A DNA stretch of 64,000 nt from an uncultured Spirochaetota bacterium. Lineage in GTDB: Bacteria; Spirochaetota; Spirochaetia; SZUA-6; Fen-1364. The stretch is taken from positions 352,001-416,000 of the forward strand of contig CAWAHW010000007.1 of assembly GCA_963781885.1 (NCBI GenBank), read 5' to 3'. How positions within the stretch are numbered: position 1 is the first letter of the stretch; each line of letters opens with the position of its first letter. A program made the translations under genes and the position numbers. The notes below the pieces were generated by a model. The model was given only the letters and a program-made list of their open reading frames with translations. It was not told where the DNA came from and did not search any database. This document shows positions 49,464 through 60,000 of the stretch, piece after piece.

Positions 49464-50093
49464 TTCGACCGGATCCCTGCCCACGGACTCCGCGAGCGCG
49501 GCGAACTTCTCCTTGTCGGCAAGCTGCAGCATCTCACCGTCGCGGCCGAGCACGCCTTCGGCAACGAGCGCATCGAGCACCTTTTGCACCTCTTCCATCG
49601 GCAGCTCGAGGCTGAAAGAGACCTCCTCGACGCATTTTTCGCGCGCGACAATCTGTCGGTCGGCGGGCAGCTCCTGGAAGAGCGAGCGCAGGTGCAGCAC
49701 GATGAGGCCGCGCGCGTCCTTTTTCACGAGGTGCTGGATCTTGAGATGGGCGGTCTGGAGCCTCCGGCAGAGCTTGTCGATGATCGTGAGGGCGATGCGG
49801 ACATTGCGGGCGATCATGTTCTGCAGGCCGTCGCGGTCGAAGACGAGCAGCTCCACCTCATCGACCGCCGTCACGGTGGCCGTGCGCTGAATGCGGTTGA
49901 CGATCGCCATCTCGCCGAAAAAGTCGCCTTTTTCCAGTATGGAGATCACGTGCGTCTTGCCGGCGAACCTCTTGCTGACCCGGACCTTGCCCTTCTGGAT
50001 GATGTACATCTCCACGCCGTCCTCGCCTTCGCGGCAGATGACCGCTCCGGGGGCGTAGGTTCGGCTGAATCGCTGCAGGAGCTCGTCTGGCAT
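49455..50093 (-). CDS. Crp/Fnr family cNMP-binding regulator
   Basis: MYIIQKGKV, GDFFGEMA...RTAT, C-terminal HTH-like region. Confidence 0.88.
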   Translation of the reverse strand: MPDELLQRFSRTYAPGAVICREGEDGVEMYIIQKGKVRVSKRFAGKTHVISILEKGDFFGEMAIVNRIQRTATVTAVDEVELLVFDRDGLQNMIARNVRIALTIIDKLCRRLQTAHLKIQHLVKKDARGLIVLHLRSLFQELPADRQIVAREKCVEEVSFSLELPMEEVQKVLDALVAEGVLGRDGEMLQLADKEKFAALAESVGRDPVESA

Positions 50094-50222
50094 TTGCTCA
50101 CCATCGTAATGCAAAGGCGGGCGTCATGCAAAGGCAGGCCGCCGGAAAGCGGGAAGGTGGAATCGCCCGCACCGGATTCAAGCGGCCCGGCCCTTGCGCC
50201 CGTATGGAACGGCGGAGGGCAT

Positions 50223-51251
50223 ATGAAAGCTTTCGGCCGGCTCCCGGCGCTTCTCTTCGCCTCCCTCTGTGCTTCCTGCGGTCCCGTGGCGGACCCACGC
50301 TCGGCGGACGTGGACCTCTCGCCGCCGCAGCTCGAGTCGGTGCGGACCGTCGGTCCGCAGGAGATCAGCATCCAGTTTAATGAGGACGCGGGGTTGCGCG
50401 CGGGGAAAACGCGCATCACGCCGGATCTCGCCATCGCGGAGACAACCGGTCCGGGCAGGACCGTGGAGCTCCACGCGGAGGCGCAGGCGCCCGGCCGTCT
50501 CTATACCCTGGAGGCGGAAGCGCAGGATGCCCGCGGCAATTCGGCGTCCTTCATCGCCCAGTTCTACGGATTCAACGGCCGCGTGCCGCGCCTCCTCATC
50601 AATGAGCTCACGCCGCGCGGCTCGGGCAATCACCCGGACCTCGTGGAGCTGAAGGTGATGACGGACGGGGACATGGGGGGAGTGGCGCTCTATCTGGGCA
50701 CGCCGGGCAGCTTTGACGCGCGTCTTGTCTTTCCCGCCTTCGGTGTGACCGCGGGAAGCTTCGTCCTCGTCCACCTCAAGCCTTCCGGCAGCCCGGATGA
50801 GGTGAATGAGACGCGCGACAGGAAAGCATCGAAAGGCTTCGACGCCTCGGATACCGCGTACGATTTCTGGCTGCCGGACGGCACTGGCATCAGCGGCACA
50901 AACGGCGTTCTCTCCCTGTACGACCGACCCGGGGGCGCGTGCCTCGACGCGGTGCTCTACAGCAACCGCACGTCCCAGTCGGATGAGAGCTACCGGGGAT
51001 TCGGCTCGGCGGACATGGAGGCGCGGGCTGAAGAGATCGTCGGCGCGGGGGGCTGGAAGGCAGCCGGTCCGCGGGTCACGCCGGAAGACGCGGTATCGCC
51101 GGAAGGTTCCACCGCAACGCGTTCCCTCTGCAGGTCTTCACGCTCCGCGGACACGAACCAGGCGCAGGACTGGCACATCGTTCCCACGCGCAAGGCCACC
51201 TTTGGAGCGGAGAACTCAGACGAGATCTACCAGAAGCAGCAGGGCCCCTAG
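50223..51251 (+). CDS. Lipoprotein with lamin-tail-like domain
   Basis: LCASC lipobox; LLINEL...DLVELK and terminal ATFG..N typical of LTD. Confidence 0.65.
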   Translation: MKAFGRLPALLFASLCASCGPVADPRSADVDLSPPQLESVRTVGPQEISIQFNEDAGLRAGKTRITPDLAIAETTGPGRTVELHAEAQAPGRLYTLEAEAQDARGNSASFIAQFYGFNGRVPRLLINELTPRGSGNHPDLVELKVMTDGDMGGVALYLGTPGSFDARLVFPAFGVTAGSFVLVHLKPSGSPDEVNETRDRKASKGFDASDTAYDFWLPDGTGISGTNGVLSLYDRPGGACLDAVLYSNRTSQSDESYRGFGSADMEARAEEIVGAGGWKAAGPRVTPEDAVSPEGSTATRSLCRSSRSADTNQAQDWHIVPTRKATFGAENSDEIYQKQQGP

Positions 51252-51571
51252 ATCACTTCCTTTATCATCTTTTCCAGCGCCTGCCGCGGCACGGCGCCGA
51301 TCTGCTGCTTTACCACCTGACCCTTGCTGAAAACGAGGATTGTCGGGATGCTGACGATATTGAACTGCTGGGCGAGCTCGCCCTCTGCATCGACGTCGAT
51401 CTTCGCGATCTTGATCTTGTCCTTGTATTCACGACCAAGCTCTTTGAGCACGGGGGCGATCATCTTGCACGGTCCGCACCATTCCGCCCAGAAGTCCGCC
51501 ACGACGGGAACCGCCGACTTGATGACCTCTGAATCGAAATTTCCGCTCGTGACCGTTACTTCCTCTGCCAT
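51248..51571 (-). CDS. trxA: Thioredoxin
   Basis: DFWAEWCGPCK, SIPT. Confidence 0.97.
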   Translation of the reverse strand: MAEEVTVTSGNFDSEVIKSAVPVVADFWAEWCGPCKMIAPVLKELGREYKDKIKIAKIDVDAEGELAQQFNIVSIPTILVFSKGQVVKQQIGAVPRQALEKMIKEVI

Positions 51572-51648
51572 TGCCGCTTCCCCCTTCCCTTCATGAGGTA
51601 ACTAATATATATCCCTGGACGTGGAATGAGCAATCCCCGGCGGGGAGC

Positions 51649-52434
51649 CTATTCCTCGATTTCCCGCTCCCAGCGGCGACGGCGTTTGAAATCCTTCAGG
51701 CGGAAGTCGCTGATCACGCCCCAGACGAATGCCATCGTCTCCTCGACCGCTTTCTTTGCCTCCGCCGGCATGTCCGTGTAGACCCGCGTGATGCGCTGGA
51801 GGACCATGTGAAGGTCATTCAGAAAAAAAGCGGCCTCCAGGATGTAGTCCTTCTCCTCGCGCTCGATGGCCGGGTAATTGCGCGGAAACTTGCGAAGCTG
51901 ACCCACCAGGCGGGCAAGAAAGGGGGGCACCTCGTCGCGCACCGACGAGCAGAGATAGCGGAGCTGCGAATCCAGGCCCAGCATCTCGGAGGAGCTGGGC
52001 GCATACATCGTGTCCTGGAGCGCGGCGCCAAGGTCCTGCCATCGCTCCCGCTCCAGGCCCGTGAGCGCACCGACCAGCCGCCGCACCTCTTCGCCGGCAT
52101 CCGCGTCGAACCGGACATCGGGGTACTTGGCGATCCGCCTGCTGTTTTCCTCCAGCACCTTGTCGGCGAAGCTCGCCTTCTCCACGCCCGGCCGCACGGG
52201 GCCGATCATGACGCGCTGCTCCTCCCGGGCGATCAGCTCCTCGATCGCGCTGATCTCCGCGACGAGGAAGGAAGAGACGTCCACCTTCGCCCGCAGCGCC
52301 CTGATGTAGCGATCCTCGAAAGCCTTGCGCAGGGACCGTGGCTTGAAGTATTTCGAGATGTAGTCGTCGTATTTCCTGCGTATTTTCTCGACGCTGGAAG
52401 TGATTTCGCCCGGGGTCAACTTCCTGGAGATCAC
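51649..52434 (-). CDS. Hypothetical alpha-helical protein
   Basis: Long ORF with coding-like codon usage; no family recognised. Confidence 0.7.
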   Translation of the reverse strand: MISRKLTPGEITSSVEKIRRKYDDYISKYFKPRSLRKAFEDRYIRALRAKVDVSSFLVAEISAIEELIAREEQRVMIGPVRPGVEKASFADKVLEENSRRIAKYPDVRFDADAGEEVRRLVGALTGLERERWQDLGAALQDTMYAPSSSEMLGLDSQLRYLCSSVRDEVPPFLARLVGQLRKFPRNYPAIEREEKDYILEAAFFLNDLHMVLQRITRVYTDMPAEAKKAVEETMAFVWGVISDFRLKDFKRRRRWEREIEE

Positions 52435-52497
52435 GGCGACTTCTTCATATAGAAAACGGTTGTATTCGTCAAGAAATCCGCGTTTTCACGCCCCGCC

Positions 52498-53736
52498 TTA
52501 TCCCATCGGCGTTTCTGAGGTTTTTCCCACACCGCCCCGCACAAACAGGCCGATCACGATCCCGGCCGCCCCGAGGATGCCCGCCGTGGCAAGGAAGACC
52601 GCACTGTAGCCAGCCGTCATGGCGATGGAGGCGCCGATGACCGGGCCAAGCGCGTTGCTGACGGAAGCGATGGACGCGGAAAGCCCGTAGATGCTTCCCT
52701 GCCTGCCCTTTTCCGTGCGCTGCGCGATCAGCGCGTTGACGGATGGAAGGTTCCCGCCCACGAAAAAGCAGCTGCAAATCCTCATGACCAGGAGCTGCAC
52801 GGGGGTGCGGGCGAACGCCTGCGGGATCGTAAACAGCGAGGCGCCGGCCATGCAAATGATGAGCGTCCGCTTGTAGCCCAGGCGGTAGCTCACCTTGCCG
52901 ATACTCACCGCGGCGAGGGCGCTCGCCACGGCTCCCAGCCCGATGATGACCCCGGTCATGGTGGCAAGCATGGAGGTCCACGTGCTGATCTGCTGGATCA
53001 TGAGGGGCAGAAAAGGACCGACGATGGAGCCGGCGATCTGGTCTGCCGCAATCACGGCCAGGAGCGAGGCGAGGGCGGGGGAGCGCAGGAGCGGTGAAAA
53101 GTCCGGCAGCAGACTGCGGAATATCGATTTCCTGTCCGCCGGCGGCTCGAAGTTGTCCTCCGCAAAACGCATGATGATGAGCCCCGCGGAGAGGAGGAGG
53201 AGCGCCGTCGCGAAGAAATTCATGCGGCGGCCGAACAGGTCGGCGATCACCCCGCCGAACAGGGGGCCGAAGGAGGAGCCGAGGAATATCGCCATTTGCA
53301 GGAGCCCCAGGGCATAGCCGGCTTCCTCCCGCGGGGCGATGGAGGCGACCATGATGGTGGCAGCCGCGACGGTGCCGGTGAGGCAGCCCTGCAGGGTCTT
53401 CAACGCGATGAGCTGCCACGGCGCGGTGATGAGCCCCGTGACGAACATGACGACCGTGCCCCCGAACATGGCGCGCAGAAGCATCGGCTTGCGCCCGTAG
53501 TTGTCCGCCACGCTGCCCCAGATGGGCGCAAAGACCGCGAGCGTCAGGGACGGCAGCGCCTGCACGATGCCCGTGAGCAGCTTCAGGCGCAGCGGGTCGG
53601 TGACCCCCAGGTCCTGGATGTAGAAGGGGGTGATGGGGGTCGAGGTGGAAAACCCGGCGATGGCGAGAAACTCGCCGGCCCAGACGGCGTACAACGTACG
53701 CTTCCAGCGTGGCGCGGCGATCGAAGAATGACTCAG
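52498..53736 (-). CDS. MFS transporter (MdtG-like); start codon uncertain
   Basis: WGSVADNYGRKPMLLRA motif A, about 12 TMs; GAGGAG RBS precedes a CTG at 53736. Confidence 0.88.
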   Translation of the reverse strand: MSHSSIAAPRWKRTLYAVWAGEFLAIAGFSTSTPITPFYIQDLGVTDPLRLKLLTGIVQALPSLTLAVFAPIWGSVADNYGRKPMLLRAMFGGTVVMFVTGLITAPWQLIALKTLQGCLTGTVAAATIMVASIAPREEAGYALGLLQMAIFLGSSFGPLFGGVIADLFGRRMNFFATALLLLSAGLIIMRFAEDNFEPPADRKSIFRSLLPDFSPLLRSPALASLLAVIAADQIAGSIVGPFLPLMIQQISTWTSMLATMTGVIIGLGAVASALAAVSIGKVSYRLGYKRTLIICMAGASLFTIPQAFARTPVQLLVMRICSCFFVGGNLPSVNALIAQRTEKGRQGSIYGLSASIASVSNALGPVIGASIAMTAGYSAVFLATAGILGAAGIVIGLFVRGGVGKTSETPMG

Positions 53737-53881
53737 GACGGTCTCCTCATGCGGATGCGGTGGGGGAAGTATAGCGGGATTGGGCCGCCTGTGACAGCGG
53801 GGCGCGGCGGCGAAGAAGGCGGCGGAGGCATTGCTCACCCGGGGGTGAAGCAGCCTCCGCCCGGCCGCGCGGATTCCCGCT

Positions 53882-54289
53882 TCAGGAGATGCCCGCCAGC
53901 TCGGCCTCCTTCTCCGCTTCCTGCGTCTCTTCCGCGGGGGTGCCGTCGGGATCCTGCTTCCTGAGCTGCGGCTTGAACTCCACGTGCTCCGCAATGATGT
54001 GCACGCGCGAATGGGTCTTGCCGTCCGCGTCCGTCCAGCGGTCCTGCTTCAGTCGCCCGACCACGCGGACGCCGCGACCCTTTTTCAGGTACTCTCCGCA
54101 GACCTCCGCGAGCCGGTTCCACGCGGAAACGTCGAAGAAGGACACCTCCTTCTGGTACTCGTCGTCCTGTTTCCAGGAGCGGTTGCACCCGACGGTGAAT
54201 TTGCACACCGCCGCTCCCTTGGGCGTGTAGGCGAGCTCGGGATCCCGCACGAGGTTTCCTTCGATCAGAATGGAATTGAGATTGTTCAT
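53882..54289 (-). CDS. ssb: Single-stranded DNA-binding protein
   Basis: NSILIEGNLVRDPE, YLKKG..VRVVGRL. Confidence 0.93.
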   Translation of the reverse strand: MNNLNSILIEGNLVRDPELAYTPKGAAVCKFTVGCNRSWKQDDEYQKEVSFFDVSAWNRLAEVCGEYLKKGRGVRVVGRLKQDRWTDADGKTHSRVHIIAEHVEFKPQLRKQDPDGTPAEETQEAEKEAELAGIS

Positions 54290-54372
54290 CGGGTCCTCCT
54301 CATGCCTTCTAGAACGGGCGCCGGTCACGCGCGATTGCACCGTGCGATGAAATCGCATACAGTGATCGACGC

Positions 54373-55344
54373 ATGCTCGATCTTGACAAGCGGATCAGCG
54401 GAGACTGGATAGAGATCAGGGAAAAAGCGAATGACTTCCACTCCCTGCTCGACATGCTTGCCGTGCCGCCGCACCATCTGCGCGCCGCGGCGGACAAGCT
54501 GCGTCTGTGCGTCGAGCAGGGAGTCGTCGAGTTCAAGCGGGCGCTCCTGAGCCCCGTGCTCGTCGCGTTGGAAACGGCCCGCTACAAGTCTCTGGCCGCC
54601 GACGACATGAGCGCGCAGGAGAAGTCCCTCACCGTGCTCCTCCTCTCCATCCTCGTCGAGCGCCTCCTCTGCATGGAGCTCCTCCCCCTGGCCCGTCCCC
54701 GCGAGGTCAAGCACGGCCTCGGCGTCGAAACGATGCCCGTGGCGGTGGTCCTCTCCGACGTGAACGCGCGCATCAAGGCGAGCCCCGCGCAGCGCTCCGC
54801 GCCGGCCATCAAGAACATCCTCATGCTCGTCCAGCGCTACAACGGGGAGAACCAGAAGATGCGCGAGCTCCTCCCCACGATCAAGCCTGACATGCGGACC
54901 GCGTTCCTTGCAAACTTCACGCGCACGTTCGAGGAGATCATCGGCAGCATCCGCCGACATTACACGGTGCTTCTCCAAGATGAGATCGCCGCGGAGAAGG
55001 CGCGCAAGGAAGGTTTCTCCCTCTCCCTCATGCCCCTGAAGGAATTGGCGCCGCTCCTCAACAGCCAGGCGAAGGAGATCAGCCGCTATCGCTCGACCCT
55101 GGGCCACGCGCGCGACGAGAAGTACAAGACGCGGGAGACCCTCGTGCGGCTGTACGACGGGCGGCAGGTCGTGCTGAAGCTGCTGGAGGATGAGTCAAAG
55201 GTGTATCGCCGCATCTGCCAGCGGACGCAGCAGGAGGACCTTGATGCCTGCTCGCTCTCCATGGCGGCCGGCTTCAAAGACGAGCTGGTTTCAGTCCTCG
55301 AAAAGCAGGGAAGAAAGGAAGAGCCCGCCGGCGCGGGTGCGTAG
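54373..55344 (+). CDS. Hypothetical alpha-helical protein
   Basis: 323-aa ORF, TTGCAC-17-TACAGT promoter; no family recognised. Confidence 0.7.
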   Translation: MLDLDKRISGDWIEIREKANDFHSLLDMLAVPPHHLRAAADKLRLCVEQGVVEFKRALLSPVLVALETARYKSLAADDMSAQEKSLTVLLLSILVERLLCMELLPLARPREVKHGLGVETMPVAVVLSDVNARIKASPAQRSAPAIKNILMLVQRYNGENQKMRELLPTIKPDMRTAFLANFTRTFEEIIGSIRRHYTVLLQDEIAAEKARKEGFSLSLMPLKELAPLLNSQAKEISRYRSTLGHARDEKYKTRETLVRLYDGRQVVLKLLEDESKVYRRICQRTQQEDLDACSLSMAAGFKDELVSVLEKQGRKEEPAGAGA

Positions 55345-55465
55345 GCAGGGATGCGGAGCGCGGTACACCGCGCGGAGGGCGGCAGCCGGCTGCGAAACAG
55401 ACGGCGAGAGCCGCGAGCGCGGCCCCCGTGTGCGCGGACCCAGACGCCCATCGACGCCCGGGGGA

Positions 55466-55780
55466 TCAGTCCGACTCAATGCCCACCAGGCGCAGACGGC
55501 CGTCCCTGTAGACGTGCTTGAAGCGCACCTGCTTCCGGCGCGAAACGAAGACGAGCTCGCCCTCGGCGAGATAGAAGTCGTCCATCTCGCGTTCCACGTC
55601 GATTGCGTAGTAGCGGGTGAGGTACTCCAGGAGCCCGTCGAGATTGATCTGCTCGAAATGCTCCACCAGGCGGTTGAACGCCTCCTGGCTTCCGCGTCGC
55701 TCGAGGAAATACATCTTCTGCGCCATGAAGAAGATGATGTGATCCCGCGTGTGCTCCATGATCTTTCTTATGATCGACAT
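55466..55780 (-). CDS. Small hypothetical protein
   Basis: 104-aa ORF with coding-like codon usage and GGGGTGAG RBS. Confidence 0.6.
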   Translation of the reverse strand: MSIIRKIMEHTRDHIIFFMAQKMYFLERRGSQEAFNRLVEHFEQINLDGLLEYLTRYYAIDVEREMDDFYLAEGELVFVSRRKQVRFKHVYRDGRLRLVGIESD

Positions 55781-55914
55781 CTCACCCCGATAATCTGCAA
55801 TGAAAAAGAATGGCACCCTGCCGCGCGCGGGCCGGCACGCCGCCCCCTCCCGCGTCGGGAAGCGGCGTTTTCATGCGCCGCGCGGGGTGATATACTGGGG
55901 CGCGGAGGAGCGAC

Positions 55915-57009
55915 ATGGCGAAGGGTTTCAATCTGGAAATCTATCCGTGGGCCTATCGGGCGAGGAACCAGGAGGACGGCTCGTGGACGGAGGAGTACGT
56001 CGAAAAGCCGCACCTCACCCCACGCGACGAAGAGGCGCTGTCGCCGGCGGCGCGCGCCGAGCTGCTCCAGAAGCGGAACAGTTACGCGGATCTCCCGCTG
56101 GTCAATTTCACGTCCCAGTACGGCATGGGATGCTTCGAAGGCCTCAAGGCCTTCCCGCAGCCCGACGGATCGCTGAAGCTCTTCCGACCCGATGAAAACG
56201 GCAAGCGCATGGCTGCCTCCATGAAGGGGCTCTTCATGCCCGCATTTCCCGAGGAGATGTTTCTCACCGCCGTGCGCACCGTCGTGGGAAAGAACAAGGC
56301 CATCGGCTTTGCGCCCGCCTACGATCCTTCCTGGGCCGCCGAGGATTTCGTCTCGGGCCGCTCCGTCTACATCCGGCCCTTCTCCTGGGGCGAGCCGGGA
56401 ATCGGCGTCGGCATCTGCCGCAACCCCTGGGTGGTCGTCGTGACGACGCCGGTGGGCGCCTACTTCAATCCGGGCAACTCGAAGGCGGTGACGACCCGCC
56501 GGGTCCGCGCGAATCCGGGCGGCACGGGTTGGATCAAGGCAGACTCCAACTACGTCACCAGTGCCATCGCCAAGAAGGAAGCGGAGACGGCGGGCTACAT
56601 GGAGGCTGTGTTCCTCGACGCGCGGGAGCACGCCTATTTCGAGGAAGGCTCGTCGTGCAACATCTTTTTCGTCATGAAGGACGGCACCCTCGTCACGCCC
56701 AGCCTCGAGGATACGATCCTTCCCGGCATCAATCGCAAGAGCATCCTCATTCTCGCCCGGGAAAAGGGCTTGAAAACGGCGGAGCGGCGTGTCTCGGTGA
56801 AAGAGGTCTTTTCCAAGGCGCGCGAATGCTTCGTCGCCGGAACCGCGGCCGGGATCACCCCCATAGAATCGATCACGCACGAAGGCAGGGAAGCGGTCTT
56901 CTGCAACCGCGCAGTCGGGGAGACCACGCGGGAGCTCCTGCGCACCTTGAAGGGCATTCAATACGGAGCGCTCCCGGACACGCATGGCTGGATGATGGGA
57001 ACGCTTTGA
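55915..57009 (+). CDS. ilvE: Branched-chain amino acid aminotransferase
   Basis: YGMGCFEGLKA, LFRP, YIRP, IKADSNY, EEGSSCNIF, ILPGINR, GTAA. Confidence 0.93.
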   Translation: MAKGFNLEIYPWAYRARNQEDGSWTEEYVEKPHLTPRDEEALSPAARAELLQKRNSYADLPLVNFTSQYGMGCFEGLKAFPQPDGSLKLFRPDENGKRMAASMKGLFMPAFPEEMFLTAVRTVVGKNKAIGFAPAYDPSWAAEDFVSGRSVYIRPFSWGEPGIGVGICRNPWVVVVTTPVGAYFNPGNSKAVTTRRVRANPGGTGWIKADSNYVTSAIAKKEAETAGYMEAVFLDAREHAYFEEGSSCNIFFVMKDGTLVTPSLEDTILPGINRKSILILAREKGLKTAERRVSVKEVFSKARECFVAGTAAGITPIESITHEGREAVFCNRAVGETTRELLRTLKGIQYGALPDTHGWMMGTL

Positions 57010-57081
57010 CGCACCTGCGCGATTGACCGCGCGGCGGCGGGCCGGAGGCGCGTTGCCGCGTCTTCCCGCGCATCCGTATTC

Positions 57082-60000
57082 CTACCAGTCGATGGCTTCG
57101 AAATCCTTGGGAAGCGCCAGAGAGGGCTGGAGCACGAAACCCGACACGGGATAGAGAATGCCGCGCATGTTCAGGGAGGGCAGGCTCCGATCCTCGCTCC
57201 GCTGCACGGTGTCCGGGCTGCGGGAGAGGGTGTCCGCGATCTCCGTCGCCTGCGTGAAGTAGACAAGCGACTGCGACCGCCGCGTCCGATCCCCCGTCCT
57301 CTGCGAAAGTCTGAACAGGGTGACGCCGAGATTGTTGTTCACCCGGACGAGTGAATCCAGGAGGGCGCGGTCCGATGGTTGATCCTCGGGGTGGAGGATG
57401 CCCAGTGCCGCGCGCCTGTTCTCCAGGCGGTCGAGGAGCCGCAGGTAATAGCCCTGTGCCGCGAAGAAATCGCCCCTTTGGTAAAAGCAATTCCCCAGCG
57501 CGTAGAGGAGATTCTGCGGGGGCTGCCCCGGCGTCGGCAGGGGCTCCTCAGGCGTCGGCGCGGCCGCCGCGAGGGTATCCGCCTCGGCAGGAGAGGCGGA
57601 GGCGTCTTCGGTCTGCGTGAATGTCGCAAGGGCGCTCTTGTAGTCGCCCTGCTTGTACTGGATGTATCCGGTCTTGTAGAGGAGCTCAGGTGAGGTGAAC
57701 GCGTTTGCAAACGCGGTCTGGTACTGCGCGTAGGCCGCGTTCATGTCGCCCTGGATGTAATAGTACAGGTCGCCCAGATCGGCGTAGGGTCTGCCGTACA
57801 GGCCGTCCACCGGGATGAGGTTCATCTTGCGGTATTGCTCGACGAGGCTCGCGGCTTTGCGCAGATAGGTCTCCGCCGTGATGTATTCCTTGATGCCGTC
57901 GTTGTATTCCCCCAGCCGGGTGTTCGTGTCGATCTCTATCGTGACGCGTTTGGTCGTGATGGCCTCGGTGCTGTTCCGCCGGAGATTCTCCAGCGTGGCA
58001 TCGAGCGCCTTTTTCTCATCGCCCGCATTCTTCACGAGCCGGTAGTATCGCGCGAGGTTGTAGTGCACCTCGTAGAGCCCCAACTTTGCCTTGTCGGCGC
58101 GGAAGAGCACCTCCTGCACGAAGTCCAGCTTGTGGTGATCCACGAGGTAGCCGCCCATCTCGGCGAATACCCCCGCATCGACCTTCACCTCTGGTCGCTG
58201 CGCGTAGTAGATGCGCAGTCTCTCCACCTCGTCGGGCTTGTCGGTGCGGATGAAGTAGCGCAGCATGCGGAAGAGGAGCTCGTCGCGCGTGCCGTACCTT
58301 TCGATGAGCGTCGCGTAGGCAAAACGTGCAGGCTCGTACCGGGCAGGCACCTTCTCGGCCCAGTCGAGGTTGTTGTCGCCCGACGCGAGGAGCGCGTCGT
58401 AGTCGTACTGGCTGCGGCCGAGGATGCGCTGGAGGAGGGAATCCGCCTTCTCGAAGTTGGCGAGTCCCTGCGATTCCATGCGCGCGTAGTCCAGGATGCC
58501 TTTCTTGTCATTCGGCTGCCAGGCAAGGAGCTGGTCGTATTTCTGCTCGGCGAGGTCATAGCGCCGCTTGCCGGCAAATGCCTCCGCGTAGCGGTAGTAC
58601 CAGCTCTTCATCTGCCAGGTTCGCGTCGCGCGATCGAACCGCTCGTTGGCGATGTCGTAGTGATCGCTTGCGATCTCGGCGTAACCGGCGCGGTAATTCG
58701 TGTAGGCGGAGAGCGGTTTCCAGACGTAGCTGTAGCCGAGGAAACCGAAGAGCCCGCCCGCCACGAGCGTGATGGCGATGATGCGGATGATGGGGAGGAT
58801 GTTCTCGCGGAAGGCGTAGCCGAACGTGCGCTGTTCTTCCTCGAACGCGATGCCCGTCTTCTTTTCGTAGCCCGCCGGTATCCTGATCCTCTTGCCGGTG
58901 ATTTTGCCCGTGAGGGCCGCGATCTCCTGTGCGCTCGCACCGCGCAGGAGAAGCGCGATCAGGGCGGTGAGATCGGGGCCGCCAACCATGCCCTGGCCGA
59001 TGAGGTCCTGCACGGCGATCTTCAGGTTGCGCGGGAGGGATTCGAGCGTCCGCTTCAGCTGGGCGAACTGCTCGGGACTGAGATCGACCTCCCCGGGCTC
59101 CGCCGCGGTTTCCACCGGTGCCGGCCGCGCCGCGGGGGCCGGCCTTTCCGCGCGTGGCTTTGCCTTGGCTTTCGGCGCTTCCACGGCCGCCGGGATCCCG
59201 AACTGCTCCGCGGACGGCGGCAGGCTGAACTCGTCAAGGTCGCCGAGGCCTTCCACGCCCAGGGAATCCATATCGGGCTCTGCCGCCGACTCCCCGGCCG
59301 GGGGTTCCGCGACTTCCCCCACCGTGTCCAGGTCGAAGCTCGCGCCCGGGGGGAGCTCTTCGGATTCGGCGGGCGGCGGCTCGAAGCTCGGCTCGCGGGG
59401 CGCCTCAGCCTGTTCAGGGGGCGCCCCGACATCGGGCGTGGTTTCGCCGAAGCTCAGATCGTCGAGGCTGGGGAGCTCGAAGCTCTCTCCTGCTTCCCCG
59501 GCCGCCGGCTCCTCACTTGCGGGCTCTTCAAAGCTCGGAGCCTCGGTGCTGAACGCATCCAGGCCTCCGAGCCCTTCGAGACCGGGTGCCGGGGCTTCCG
59601 ACGCTGGTCCTTCGGCGGATTCGGAAGCCGGGCCTGTGTCCGGGGCAAATGCGCCGAGGTCTTCGAAGGATTCCCCTTCCGGGGCGGGTGCGGGTTCCTC
59701 TTCCCCCAGGCTCTCCGGCAGAACTTCCATCTGTGCAAGATCGTCCTGCAGACCTTCCGGCTCTCCGCCGGGGAATGAGAATGCCTCCTCGTCGGGCGCG
59801 GGGGCCTTCTCTGCAGGCTCTGCCGCGCGGCCCTGCGCCGGCGGTGGCGGGCTTTCGATCTCTTCGATAGGGGGGGCGGCTGTTTCGTCGCCGAACAGCG
59901 AGGAGAAATCTATGTCGTCTCCGGGAGTTTCGGGTGGCGTGGAAGGCTCATCAATGGGCGGGGGCCCGCCCGATCCCTCGTCGGGTGCGGCCTCGTCACC

